Below, piece by piece: positions 20,781 through 31,873 of a stretch of 64,000 bases of DNA. A program made the translations under genes and the position numbers. Every line of letters starts with the position of its first letter. Position 1 is the stretch's first letter. The notes under the pieces were generated by a model. That model saw only the letters and a list, made by a program, of their open reading frames with translations. It searched no databases and had not been told where the DNA came from. This DNA comes from a virus. Taxonomy: Duplodnaviria; Caudoviricetes. Where the stretch lies: IMG/VR virus record IMGVR_UViG_3300027708_000029, positions 1-64,000 of that record. One strand, written 5' to 3'.

Positions 20781-23700
20781 ATGAGTTGCTGTACGCTATT
20801 TAATAGGTCTTTATTCACTGAAGCTGTTTTAACCGGACTTAGTGTTGAAGTTGATATATCAAGTCTCAAGAATCTAATTCCTGCTTTTAATTCAGGAACT
20901 AGTGGATTATGGAGACCAATTATTGTTAGCGGGAACACTTCCAATCATAACTATGTTGATCTGTTAACCCAGCCTCAAACAACTTTACGCCAAGCTTTTG
21001 ATCCATTTAATTGCTCGTCAGCTATTACTTATGTTGGAGATTATAATGATTTAGAAAAACCAATTTTTGGTTTAGATTGTAGTTATTGTAATTCCTTAGA
21101 GCCTACAGACACTATTTGTTGCACTGGTTCTGGTTCTTGTGACAATAGAATGTTGAAAGATGATTATTTGCCTAAAATACCATTATTAAATCAAAAATAT
21201 TTGAATACATTTTATGATTGGAAATATCATAATCAATTTCCATCAGTATCGAATAAACCATTGGGTTTTGAACATTTTATTAAGCTGTCTAATTTAAAGA
21301 ATTTTAATATTACTAGCAATAGTAATCAATCTGATGTATCTGAAGCAAAAATGATGATTGATTGGTCTTTAAAAGAAAGAATAGGAGAAATACCTTATGA
21401 CAAAGAAACATCTCAATATGATAATATAGATGACCATAATAAAGCATATGCTAAGTTTTTACAAGTTGGTAAGACTTGTGGAAATTTTATACTCACCAGT
21501 CTTGAGCCTGATGGATCTGGATATAATCCATACTATCCTATATTTAGTGGATTAATAGGGCCCACAGGACAAAATATCCCTTGGCCAAATTGGAGAGATG
21601 TTTTACCAACTCCTAAAGAATTTTCTGCAATACCTTATGGGTTTAATAATAAAACTTATGACAATATTTTTGTAAAACATAATAAACTTGGATCTCATTG
21701 GAAATGGAATTATACTTCAGGAATATTAGGTTGGTACAGATATTACCAAACAGGAATTGTAAATGATCCCAGAGCAATTTCTGGTGTTGATCTTTATGTT
21801 TCGCCAGGAGATGTATTTTATGCTACAAATGATGGCCCAGAGTATTCTCCCTATAATGGAAATAGAACAGGAAATACAAAGTTTTGCCCATCCGGGTTAA
21901 AGTTAATTCAAAATAATGGTGTTGTTGGAATTGTCCCTAGTGGTTCTAAATTTACATATATTTCTAATAATCTATACGATAGATTTTATAGTATTTATAC
22001 AGCACTAGATTTTATCAATGAAGAAGATAATACTAGAAATTCCAATCTTAATCTATTAAGTCCTATAGAGATATTTGAGCTATCTGCATTATTATGTACT
22101 TCTCCAGAATATGATCAAATTACAATAGATCTATTAAAAAGAAATCTGGATCAAAATTATATTCTTAATGAATATAGACAACTATCTGGATTTAATAGTG
22201 ATATGTCAACTAGTAAAATTAGTTCAATTAGTAAACTGGATTTTGTGCAGACAACAGGGGATTTAATAACAGCATTAGCTAATAAATATGGGGCATATAT
22301 TTGGTTTCCTCCACAAGCCACAACTACATTAGAATTTACTAAAGATATTGATGCTGCATGTTATATGGATTTAGATTTTGATATGACTGTAAAATTATCA
22401 GATACTTATAGTGTATCATCTCCAGGATCTAGGGGTATGAAAGATTGTTCAGGACCTTCTTTCAGAAAGAACTTTGATTATTCTCAATCTTTAGAATTAG
22501 CTAATTTGACCTTAGAAACTAGAAGAGATATCAGAACAAGATATGACCAGACCTGTATTAGTGGGGTAATAGAAATATCTAAAGCTGCAAAAATGGCTGG
22601 AGTTTATTTCAATAATAATCTTATTAAAGAAATAGTATACTCTACAGGCATAGAGCATTTTTATGCCAAATATCCTAAAGCCGAGATGAGTAGAAAATAT
22701 AGTGCTACTGCTGCTAATCTAAGAATTGATAAAGCTGCTTTTCATAATCAGGGTGGAGTATATTACGATAGTAAAATATTTGGAGTAGATAATAGCACCG
22801 TATTTGTTAATAATGTGTCATTAAATTTTTCTAACACACCAAGAGCCAAAATTAAATTTACTACTAAAGATGCTGGTATTAAACTTTATAGCTTAAAAAT
22901 AGAAAAACTAAGAGGATCAACTTCAGGCACCTATGAATGTAGAGCTTTTCCTAATAAAAATAGCTGTGGGTGTTTTGGATTATTGAGTTTTCCAGAATAC
23001 CCATATATTTGTAATCAAAGTTCTTTAGTTTTTACTAATGATCCACTAAGATATACTCCTGGATTATCTACTGCAAATAGTCCAACTTTAAAATCATATG
23101 GAGGCTATTCAGCTAGCTATGTTAGCGGGATATTAGGTAGTCAAACAATACCGAACCACCCAGCAGTAGGGGCCTCATTGACTTCTGTTAATAAAAAAAT
23201 TGATCCAGAAATGCCCTATGGGTGTGAACAATCCATTCAGCTCAGTTTACCTAATTATGTATATAGTTCATGGTCTTTGTCTTTACCTAGTTATGATACT
23301 GTTCATGCAGATATTTGGGCACAAGTTTTAGAAAATGTTGATTTATTCAGAACTACATTATCATGGGAAAATCCAGATAATCCAGATGGTGGGTTTGATT
23401 CTATACCAAATCCAGGATATCAAAGATTTGCTAGTAAAGTCAATATTAATGATAATGTTTCTGTTTATGATAAACAAAAGAAAATAGTTGTACAAAAAGG
23501 GGATGGGGTAACTGATATAACAGTTAAAATTACTAATCCATATTTATTATCTATTTTAGAAAACACTGAGTATGTGTTATATCCTCCAAACGGTAATTCT
23601 TGTCTTGCTGGTAATATAATCGGTGGAGATGAGAATATTTTAGTTCCTATTAAATTTAGTAGAATTCCAAGAAAACAATTAATTAATTTTGCTATACCAT

Positions 23701-26700
23701 CTACAACTGGTATGGGAATTTTAAAAAGAGGATTTTTCCATCCTAATAGTGGTCTTACATATAATACTAATTTATACATTAATGGAGATAGGACTATTAA
23801 AAATAGCCCGATAGAATACTCAAAACAATCTCCATATATCTCCTATGATAAAGAACTTTTTAATTCCGGTTCTCCATATAATTCTGGTTCAATATTAATA
23901 GGAGATTTTACAGATGACGTTAAGAAGATATTGTCTCAAATAGATGGCTTTGGTTCTCACAGGAAACCAAGACTATATTTAAAACTTGGTAGTAGATGGT
24001 ATGAATATAACACTGATGATACTTTTGGATTTAAAAAAGACAATAACACATATATTGGTGAACCCTATTTATTCAAATATTCTAGTCAAGACTCTTTTGA
24101 AAAAGTTGATGGTCCAATAATACCAGTATCTCCAAAAGGACATATTAACTTTAGTTTTCTATATAATTTTCTTCCAAGCGGAAATAAAATTACACATTAT
24201 TCAGAAAGAAAATATCCTTTCTCATATAATGACTTCGTTTCAAACCCAAATGATATTAGAATAGCTAAATTAAATGGAATAAGACTATATTTTGTATTGG
24301 GAGAAAATGATTCGGCCTTGGTGACATCACATGATTCTATTAGTCAGTTGACAGAGGATGAACAAAATCAGATTACTGCAACATATCCTGAATTAATATT
24401 AGCGAATGGAGAAAGATGGAAATATAGAGGAAATGGAGCAAAAAACGATAGTAAATCTTATGCTTTAGTAGATTACAATCGTTTATATACTAATTTTAGC
24501 GATTTACATATTGATTACAATAAAAGAAATAGACAAGGATATATTTATGATACTAGAAAAAAGTGTAACCAAACTGTTAAAATTTACAATAAAGAAAATC
24601 CATCACAAAATTATGACGCTAAAATTATAGAGAAAAGTCTATATCATATAACTGTAGATAAAAATAAAAATAAAATTGTAAGAAAAAAGAATCTTATTAA
24701 TGAGTATAGAAATTTTTATACAGAAATTAAATTTGATCAAGATATACGATATAGTCAATGTTATATTGATTTTAGTTTATTAAATCTAGATTCCTCCAAT
24801 GAAGAGGGGGCAGATTCATTTTTAGTTTACCAGAACCAACCAACACTAAAACGAGAGACCGATAGTTTATTATCTAATGGTAATTATTCAACTAAATGGT
24901 CTGATATTTTTAGTTTTGATGGTAAATTAACTAATGATCTATCTCAATATTTTTATGGTTCTGATTATTTAAATAGTATATATCCATCTAGTCTTTATGA
25001 TAATAACTTTTTTAAGATTATTATTAACAATGCCGACTACAAAATACATAGATATAATATTAATCTAAATAACAACAATTTATTTGTTACTCATTCTGGT
25101 TTAGCAAATTATGCCATACATCAACAATATAATATTGGTTTAGATATTTTAACTAATGGATCTATGGAAGATTATCAAAATTATCTTTCTTTTATAGATA
25201 TTAATATTCCTCAATCTGGAGATAATCTAAAAAATGGTTTTAGAGATAAAATTCAGCCTCATTTAAAAAATATGATTGATAATAATAAAATACCATTAGG
25301 GTCTATTAAAATTAGTGGTATTTTAGCAAATTTAGGATCAACTCATCCTTATGAGGATGGTTTTATTTCTCCCACCGCTAATTTATTTTGGGTAAATTTA
25401 CAAGGAGGTAAACTACTAGAATCTGCTTTTATGATCAATGCTAATAAAACTTTTTATACAAATACATTGAGGGTAGATAGTTCTCCTTTCCAACTCTCAC
25501 AAATTAATTCTACAACGAAAGTAAATTCAAATGGTTGTTATAAAGTTTTTTATCCATTAGTGCCTACAAATACCCAAACTTTTACAGATAACGTATTAGA
25601 ATTTGATCATTTCAAACAAGTACCATATACAGGAGGTATTTTTTCTAGGCTTCCGGTATATTGTGACACAGATAATCTTCCGGCTGGAGGATGTTCAAGT
25701 TTAGCTTGCGGAATGAATACTGCTGGATATGTATCATATAGCGGCACATATAATATACAAATTAATAAAACAAAAATATTAGAAGATTCAAATAATGATA
25801 TTCCTTATATTTTATCATATGATGCTGGTTTTTATAATCCTATAGGAAACAAAGGTTTAAAGTATATTCAAAGATTAGAGTTACCTCCGTATAATACTTT
25901 GTACCCGGCTTCTAATTGTGACATGACATCTCCTAGGCCAATAAACAATAGGATCTCTGTACTAAATGAAGAATATCAACAGTTAATGGTCTGTAGTATA
26001 GTAAATGATCATACAGCATTAGTTCAGAATACTGATATATTAGCTAATGAAATGTTTTTTAGACTAATGTATGGAGAAAAACAAAAAATTAATTTAAATA
26101 CTATAGACAATATTAATGATTCAATTTCTTTTAAAGATTTAATTAAGTATAATTATCCAAAAATAGAAGCTAAAGACGTATATAAAAACATACCATATGA
26201 TTTAGACACATCAGCAGATACTAGTAATAGAAAAATATTTGGAACCTTAGCTATCAAAGGTATTTTAGAAGTTGGTCATTCTATCACAGCAGAAATTGCT
26301 GGTAAGAATATTAATATTTCTATTGAAAGACAAAATGGTAAAATAGTGTCTATAGCAACAGTAGATGGAAAAAGTACATCAGGAATAATATATACTGAAT
26401 CTTCTGTTACTAATAATTTGATAGTGAGTAATAAAATACTTTCTGGATATACTTTTTTGAAGGCTTGTGTAGAATTAGAAAGAAGAAATCTTGGATTTTA
26501 CCACGCTTTTACTTCTGGAAAATTTAATGGAGATAAAGATTGTGATGGTAATGAACTTACTTATCCTTGGTGGCCTATTATGGATAGAGCAGCATGGTTA
26601 GCAATAGCCCAAGCCGAAAGGGATGCTCAAGCAGCTAGAAATGCAGGAAATAATGATCTTGCAGATTTATTATCTAGGAGTGCTCAAGATCAGTATAAGC

Positions 26701-28631
26701 CATATGCTTGTCCATATCCATCAGATATGAGTGCTCAATATTATTGGTCTAGTCATTTTTATAATTGCAGCCCAGATTTTCTAGATGCTCAAGGAAGAAA
26801 AATTCCAGAATCTCCATTTCCTGCTGGGGCTGGGGGTTGTGCTAATACAAGTAGTGCAGGAGGGCCGCCGGGTTGGGTATGTACAAATTGGGGGGTTGGT
26901 CTTGGCGTAGGTGCTTTAGATTCAAATATATACACAGTCCTAAGCACTAAATCTAAAAAAATAAAATTAGGAGGAATTGCAAGAGGGATTTTTGGTTTAA
27001 CAAAACCATGTTTCGTAGCAGGAGGTAGTATTAATCTTACTAGAAATGGTTATGGAAATATTGAAGACCGTATAGGAGGAGCCGCTATTGCTAGTCCAAT
27101 AGCTATAGGTAGTAAAATTACATCTACCAATAGTCCTTGTGGAACTTGTTATACATTAGATCATACAGATCCATTGACTGGTTATAAATATTACGATCCA
27201 ATAAGGAAAAAATCAGTCCCCCCTTCTGATGGAGATCTTGAAGATAATTGTGAATGTGCAAATTGGGATTATGGCTATTGTAGAAATTCTAATAATTCTA
27301 GTTGTTTATGTAGTACTGATTCATATGATTATGATGAATTTGATTACAATTTTGAATATTGTAGATATAATATTTCTTTAAAATCACACAAACGAAAAAT
27401 AAAACAAAATTCTAATGCAATATCAGTAAGCGCAGCTACTCCTTGTCAAAACACAACCCCAGGTAGAGTTATAGGAGCATCTCTTTCTGGTGGAGGAGAA
27501 GTGCAAGAAGAATTTAGCTTTTTAGAAAGTTCCGCTGGAGCCCCAGCAACATGGTATATACATAATGCAGAAAGAACTTTTTCATATCCTGCATATGCTC
27601 CTAAGTGTCCAGAAGATCTATGCTCTATTGAGTATGATAATAATACACTAACTATTATTATGCCTAATGGTCCTAATTTATGTATTAATAATACAATTAG
27701 AAATAATTGTCCAATAATAAATATTACTGTCCCAGATAATACTTATACAGTATCAGATTCTATTGATAGTAGTTGCGATAATTGTGGAGTAGAACCTAAT
27801 AAGATTAATATGGTTGATCAAAAACAAAATTGGGAAATTATTACAGAAACAAGAACCTGTATTTTAGGAACTATTTTGAGCGATGGAAATCCAAATGAGA
27901 ATGGTCCTTTAGAAATGGGTTGTCAAACAATAAGTTGTGGATATTGTAATATCTGTTGTAGTAATCAGTGTTGCAATAGCGATTATACAAATTGTGGACA
28001 AGGATTAGCTTTAAAAGAAGCCCCAGATTCTTTCCCTTGGAGCGTCTGTATAACATATTCTGAACCAGTGGTTTGTGTTGGTGGTAATGATAGATATCCA
28101 TTAGCAACAGTAGGAGGTTGTGATATTCCAATAGTATATCCTATTGTAACATCTAATACTACTGCAAATAGAAGATATGTAAAATTATGGGAAGATCAGA
28201 TGAAACAAACTAGACTTAATACTGCTCCATGTTTTAACAATAGAACAATAAATGTTAACGATATAGTAGAAGGTGTTGTTCCAGGATCTTGTAGCGATAT
28301 TACTTTTACTACAGTTGTTTATAATGGAATGAAATATAGAGCAACTATGGGAGATCCAGTAGTCGGCTCCAATCCTGTAACATTTACAGTTGCTTCTTAT
28401 ACTTACCAGTATCGTAGACCGAAAACTATACAAGATATTTTTAAAGGAGACGAATTAACAGCAAAATGCAATAATGTCGTAGCGTCTTGTCCATCAACAA
28501 TTCCATTAAATATGACAGAAAAAATTAAAACCGTAGATTGCAACACTATTCCAACATGTTATGATACTAATATTCCAATATGTGATAATGATAATTATTG
28601 TTGTAGAACAGGAAAGACTTCAATATCATGA
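20781..28631 (+). CDS. Very large Cys-rich putative virion protein
   Basis: 2616-aa ORF with dense Cys clusters at the N-terminus and in the C-terminal third. Confidence 0.55.
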   Translation: MSCCTLFNRSLFTEAVLTGLSVEVDISSLKNLIPAFNSGTSGLWRPIIVSGNTSNHNYVDLLTQPQTTLRQAFDPFNCSSAITYVGDYNDLEKPIFGLDCSYCNSLEPTDTICCTGSGSCDNRMLKDDYLPKIPLLNQKYLNTFYDWKYHNQFPSVSNKPLGFEHFIKLSNLKNFNITSNSNQSDVSEAKMMIDWSLKERIGEIPYDKETSQYDNIDDHNKAYAKFLQVGKTCGNFILTSLEPDGSGYNPYYPIFSGLIGPTGQNIPWPNWRDVLPTPKEFSAIPYGFNNKTYDNIFVKHNKLGSHWKWNYTSGILGWYRYYQTGIVNDPRAISGVDLYVSPGDVFYATNDGPEYSPYNGNRTGNTKFCPSGLKLIQNNGVVGIVPSGSKFTYISNNLYDRFYSIYTALDFINEEDNTRNSNLNLLSPIEIFELSALLCTSPEYDQITIDLLKRNLDQNYILNEYRQLSGFNSDMSTSKISSISKLDFVQTTGDLITALANKYGAYIWFPPQATTTLEFTKDIDAACYMDLDFDMTVKLSDTYSVSSPGSRGMKDCSGPSFRKNFDYSQSLELANLTLETRRDIRTRYDQTCISGVIEISKAAKMAGVYFNNNLIKEIVYSTGIEHFYAKYPKAEMSRKYSATAANLRIDKAAFHNQGGVYYDSKIFGVDNSTVFVNNVSLNFSNTPRAKIKFTTKDAGIKLYSLKIEKLRGSTSGTYECRAFPNKNSCGCFGLLSFPEYPYICNQSSLVFTNDPLRYTPGLSTANSPTLKSYGGYSASYVSGILGSQTIPNHPAVGASLTSVNKKIDPEMPYGCEQSIQLSLPNYVYSSWSLSLPSYDTVHADIWAQVLENVDLFRTTLSWENPDNPDGGFDSIPNPGYQRFASKVNINDNVSVYDKQKKIVVQKGDGVTDITVKITNPYLLSILENTEYVLYPPNGNSCLAGNIIGGDENILVPIKFSRIPRKQLINFAIPSTTGMGILKRGFFHPNSGLTYNTNLYINGDRTIKNSPIEYSKQSPYISYDKELFNSGSPYNSGSILIGDFTDDVKKILSQIDGFGSHRKPRLYLKLGSRWYEYNTDDTFGFKKDNNTYIGEPYLFKYSSQDSFEKVDGPIIPVSPKGHINFSFLYNFLPSGNKITHYSERKYPFSYNDFVSNPNDIRIAKLNGIRLYFVLGENDSALVTSHDSISQLTEDEQNQITATYPELILANGERWKYRGNGAKNDSKSYALVDYNRLYTNFSDLHIDYNKRNRQGYIYDTRKKCNQTVKIYNKENPSQNYDAKIIEKSLYHITVDKNKNKIVRKKNLINEYRNFYTEIKFDQDIRYSQCYIDFSLLNLDSSNEEGADSFLVYQNQPTLKRETDSLLSNGNYSTKWSDIFSFDGKLTNDLSQYFYGSDYLNSIYPSSLYDNNFFKIIINNADYKIHRYNINLNNNNLFVTHSGLANYAIHQQYNIGLDILTNGSMEDYQNYLSFIDINIPQSGDNLKNGFRDKIQPHLKNMIDNNKIPLGSIKISGILANLGSTHPYEDGFISPTANLFWVNLQGGKLLESAFMINANKTFYTNTLRVDSSPFQLSQINSTTKVNSNGCYKVFYPLVPTNTQTFTDNVLEFDHFKQVPYTGGIFSRLPVYCDTDNLPAGGCSSLACGMNTAGYVSYSGTYNIQINKTKILEDSNNDIPYILSYDAGFYNPIGNKGLKYIQRLELPPYNTLYPASNCDMTSPRPINNRISVLNEEYQQLMVCSIVNDHTALVQNTDILANEMFFRLMYGEKQKINLNTIDNINDSISFKDLIKYNYPKIEAKDVYKNIPYDLDTSADTSNRKIFGTLAIKGILEVGHSITAEIAGKNINISIERQNGKIVSIATVDGKSTSGIIYTESSVTNNLIVSNKILSGYTFLKACVELERRNLGFYHAFTSGKFNGDKDCDGNELTYPWWPIMDRAAWLAIAQAERDAQAARNAGNNDLADLLSRSAQDQYKPYACPYPSDMSAQYYWSSHFYNCSPDFLDAQGRKIPESPFPAGAGGCANTSSAGGPPGWVCTNWGVGLGVGALDSNIYTVLSTKSKKIKLGGIARGIFGLTKPCFVAGGSINLTRNGYGNIEDRIGGAAIASPIAIGSKITSTNSPCGTCYTLDHTDPLTGYKYYDPIRKKSVPPSDGDLEDNCECANWDYGYCRNSNNSSCLCSTDSYDYDEFDYNFEYCRYNISLKSHKRKIKQNSNAISVSAATPCQNTTPGRVIGASLSGGGEVQEEFSFLESSAGAPATWYIHNAERTFSYPAYAPKCPEDLCSIEYDNNTLTIIMPNGPNLCINNTIRNNCPIINITVPDNTYTVSDSIDSSCDNCGVEPNKINMVDQKQNWEIITETRTCILGTILSDGNPNENGPLEMGCQTISCGYCNICCSNQCCNSDYTNCGQGLALKEAPDSFPWSVCITYSEPVVCVGGNDRYPLATVGGCDIPIVYPIVTSNTTANRRYVKLWEDQMKQTRLNTAPCFNNRTINVNDIVEGVVPGSCSDITFTTVVYNGMKYRATMGDPVVGSNPVTFTVASYTYQYRRPKTIQDIFKGDELTAKCNNVVASCPSTIPLNMTEKIKTVDCNTIPTCYDTNIPICDNDNYCCRTGKTSIS

Positions 28632-29122
28632 GTAATACAGCCTATTGTGATTTAGAGCTTTTAGATAGCACCTTTAATAATAAACCACTTTATAAATGTA
28701 AATATTGTGATTTGACAGTTGCTTTAGAAGACCCAGAAACTAAAATAATGTGTTTTAAAAAAATAGAAGATATAGCACATAAAATACATCAAAACCATAC
28801 TGGGAATTTTGATTCAAAACCACCAATTCATCTATCTGGTCAACAAAATATCAGAGATGTAATATTAGAAGAAACCAAAAAAGATGCAATAAAAAGATCT
28901 GTGAATCCTGAGGCAGAATCGTCTAGCAAAATGTGCTCGGAGGATGAGATAGCTGAAAGACTGGCCATTTGTAATTCTTGCGAATACTTCAAAGAAAACT
29001 CTTGTTTATTATGTGGTTGTACGGTTATAAGAGAAGCAAATTATAAGAATAAATTAGCTTATAAAAATCAAAAGTGTCCGGCTGATAAATGGGGACCCAT
29101 TATCACTTCTGAAACCTATTAA
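28628..29122 (+). CDS. Small Cys-cluster protein (DUF6171-like C-terminus)
   Basis: ERLAICNSC...CLLCGC...KL...CPADKW pattern plus an N-terminal CKYC; ATGA overlap with the upstream gene. Confidence 0.6.
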   Translation: MSNTAYCDLELLDSTFNNKPLYKCKYCDLTVALEDPETKIMCFKKIEDIAHKIHQNHTGNFDSKPPIHLSGQQNIRDVILEETKKDAIKRSVNPEAESSSKMCSEDEIAERLAICNSCEYFKENSCLLCGCTVIREANYKNKLAYKNQKCPADKWGPIITSETY

Positions 29123-30059
29123 ATCTTGCAACTTCTGTCATAGCCATACCATAAACACACTGAGTTTGTAAGATTTTTGTTTCTCCATCAACTTTAATTA
29201 TTAGAGTAACTGGCACAGATCTAGCTCCAGACCAATTTCTAAAATTATGCAAAGCGACTATAAATTCTCCATAAGGAGAGTGTCCAGCTGGCCAAAAGAT
29301 ATTCTCAACTGGTTTATTATTTAAAGAAACCTGATTAGCATTCATATCTACATCTAACATACCCCCACAAACACCGTGTTTATTAGTCCAAGAGATATAT
29401 GAATTTTGGCCAAATGATCTAAAAAATACATGAACATCTATGTCATCAATAGTATTCCATCCTATTGATACCTGTACATCTCCAGTTTTTGCCCCCGCAG
29501 CGTTTAATCTACGGCCAATTTCGGCCTCTCCTGCCTCTCCAAAGCCATTATTTAATCCACTAGAGCCGGAAGTGGGGATGCTTTTAATAAGGTCTCCCAG
29601 CACGTTCTGAGAAGTATTTTGTTCTTCAGTAGTCTCTGATTTAGTTTTGACAGGCTCTGTTACAGTCTCATCTGCTAAATCATTTATAGTTATTAAGTCT
29701 GGTGCTGGTTCTTCTATAAAAAATTCAGGTTTAATTTCTTCTTCTATTATAGGATCTGTTTCATTTTTTGATTCTACTATTTCTTCTATTATTTTATTTT
29801 CATCGGCACCAGAAGAGGAAATTTCTTCTTGGTCGAAATCTATTTCAACAATTTCTTCTTCGATAATATTTGAAGGAGAATTTGAAAAAGATAATACTAA
29901 GCTAATTTTTTTAGGCGGAAGATTTACAGATATAGATAAACAAAGAATTAACAATATAGAAGTGTGCCATATTGTACTATGGAAAACACCAATTCTATAA
30001 AGGTAATTTATTTTTTGATCTAACTTTTCTCGCCCTGATTCTTTTGCCATTTGTGCCAA
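29103..30059 (-). CDS. Membrane-anchored YfaP/DUF2135-like protein
   Basis: N-terminal TM helix (STIWHTSILLILCLSI), acidic linker, then VSIGW..DIDVHV...GGMLDVD...PVENIFWP. Exact start uncertain. Confidence 0.65.
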   Translation of the reverse strand: MAQMAKESGREKLDQKINYLYRIGVFHSTIWHTSILLILCLSISVNLPPKKISLVLSFSNSPSNIIEEEIVEIDFDQEEISSSGADENKIIEEIVESKNETDPIIEEEIKPEFFIEEPAPDLITINDLADETVTEPVKTKSETTEEQNTSQNVLGDLIKSIPTSGSSGLNNGFGEAGEAEIGRRLNAAGAKTGDVQVSIGWNTIDDIDVHVFFRSFGQNSYISWTNKHGVCGGMLDVDMNANQVSLNNKPVENIFWPAGHSPYGEFIVALHNFRNWSGARSVPVTLIIKVDGETKILQTQCVYGMAMTEVARFNRFQK

Positions 30060-30352
30060 CCATTATTTGGTAACCAATTGTTTTCGTCATCTTTACGCTT
30101 GGGAAATAGGGTACCACCCTTTTTATGCTGACCGAAAGACAATACTGCCCCACAGTCCATACATCTTAGTTCATAATAATCGTTACCTTCGACATTACGA
30201 ACTATAAACTTAAGATTAGTACTCTTACACAGCCCGCACTTATCTTCTGAAAAGATTTCCTGAATTAAGGCTAATTCCTTAAAAATTTCCTTTTGTCCAG
30301 CAGCTTCTAATTCAAAAGATAGTTTGTCGTTGGCCGTATAAGTTACTTTCAT
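30020..30352 (-). CDS. Zinc-ribbon hypothetical protein
   Basis: CGLC...CMDC. Confidence 0.6.
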   Translation of the reverse strand: MKVTYTANDKLSFELEAAGQKEIFKELALIQEIFSEDKCGLCKSTNLKFIVRNVEGNDYYELRCMDCGAVLSFGQHKKGGTLFPKRKDDENNWLPNNGWHKWQKNQGEKS

Positions 30353-30356
30353 AATA

Positions 30357-31085
30357 TCACTTCCAGTTTGGTAAGTACCCTGTTAATTCTTCTGTAATTT
30401 TACTCATATCTTGCTGATACGAAGTCAAGTGCTTGATCACACCAACTGCATCCTCATGTGAGATATTATATATGTTCTCTTCAGCAATTGCAAGTGATTT
30501 TATTAAATTACTCACATTAACATTTAGTCTTTGAGCAATTACATCTATAAAATTAATTTGATTAACACTAATCTTAGATACTGAATTTTCATCTGGATGA
30601 TCCTCAATATCTTTTGCAATTTCTTCAGCAGCAACAACTTTTCTTAGTTTCAGACCTCTTCTTAATGCACGACCTTCTGCTCTCGTTTCTGCAACAGCAG
30701 TGGGGTGGTTGCGATAGATCTTGTCACAATTACCCCAATAAACGTCAGCAGCACCCGTAACAGCCCGATATTTAACTTCGTCTAGTGATGAGGAATCACC
30801 TTTTAATACATAACGAATAGTATGGGTAGCAGTTGCTCTTTTTTCATTTTCTGGGCTGGGAGCTTGAACAATTTCTGTAATAGCTTCAATAACATCACAA
30901 TTTAAAGCTACTTCAAATATTCTCCTTAAACCATCAGTAGTAGGATTGCCAGAAATTTTTTCATCATCTGACAATAATCCTAATACATAGTCTGTCCATC
31001 CTAGATCATTAGGTGTAACTTTTGCTGGTATTGATTCTGTTGATTCCACAACTACTTCTGCAACTTTCTTTTCCTTAACCATCAT
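30357..31085 (-). CDS. Rad52/Sak-like single-strand annealing protein
   Basis: GAAD...AVAETRAEGRALRRGL...AAEE motif and a C-terminal 'Q..FI...S..A..I..L' helical tail. Confidence 0.55.
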   Translation of the reverse strand: MMVKEKKVAEVVVESTESIPAKVTPNDLGWTDYVLGLLSDDEKISGNPTTDGLRRIFEVALNCDVIEAITEIVQAPSPENEKRATATHTIRYVLKGDSSSLDEVKYRAVTGAADVYWGNCDKIYRNHPTAVAETRAEGRALRRGLKLRKVVAAEEIAKDIEDHPDENSVSKISVNQINFIDVIAQRLNVNVSNLIKSLAIAEENIYNISHEDAVGVIKHLTSYQQDMSKITEELTGYLPNWK

Positions 31086-31873
31086 TCATCCTCTATTTCT
31101 AATACGGTTCCTAAATTATATTTTTTGTTTTTAAGACAATCTATTAGTCTAGAATAAATCAAATTTGCTCTAGCTGTAGAAAAGTCTTTTTGTTGTTTAA
31201 CCCTAATTAATCCTAATCCCTTACCTATAAGAAGACCATTCTTCTTTTCATCATATTTCTGATTTTTCTTAAATGTTTCTTCTCCCCATATGGGAGAAAA
31301 ATGAGATGGACCATCAACCTCAATCGCTAAGTTCATTGTAGGCAGAAAGAGGTCCACTTGCAACTTGGTATTTGATAACATTTGCTCTTTATGGAATTCT
31401 ACAACATAACCATCAGCTAGCAACTTTTCCAAAAGAAACTTTTCTAATTTAGATCCTGTTTTACTACTTAGTCTAGCTGCTGTATTTGCAGACTTAACAA
31501 TATTAGCTTTTTCTTCTGTACTTAGATTATTCCAATTGGCCCGACTTTTTTCTTTTCTTTGGTCTAGTTCGTCCTTGCTTAGATTGTTCCAAGAATCCAT
31601 AACCCCCATACCGATCTTCTCTTTAGTCTCTATACTTCTTTCAGATCCTTTAGTTGGGTGCTTATGTTTACCACTACTCAAAGCATTCTTTTGTGCCTGA
31701 CTTTTATCTCTAATAGGAATCTCAAACTTTTTAGCATCTCTTCTTATTTGATTGGCATATGTATTATACTTTAAAGCAATATCTTGAAAGCTTAACTTTT
31801 CTAGTACATAGTATTTATTTAAAATATCTTTTTTAGCAGAGTCAGATAGTTGTTTGTACTTTATCGATGACAT
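31082..31873 (-). CDS. NUMOD3-like plus DUF559/Vsr-like endonuclease (homing-endonuclease architecture)
   Basis: HPTKGSERSIETKEKIG and VDLFLP..LAIEVDGPSHF...D..K. Confidence 0.7.
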   Translation of the reverse strand: MSSIKYKQLSDSAKKDILNKYYVLEKLSFQDIALKYNTYANQIRRDAKKFEIPIRDKSQAQKNALSSGKHKHPTKGSERSIETKEKIGMGVMDSWNNLSKDELDQRKEKSRANWNNLSTEEKANIVKSANTAARLSSKTGSKLEKFLLEKLLADGYVVEFHKEQMLSNTKLQVDLFLPTMNLAIEVDGPSHFSPIWGEETFKKNQKYDEKKNGLLIGKGLGLIRVKQQKDFSTARANLIYSRLIDCLKNKKYNLGTVLEIEDE

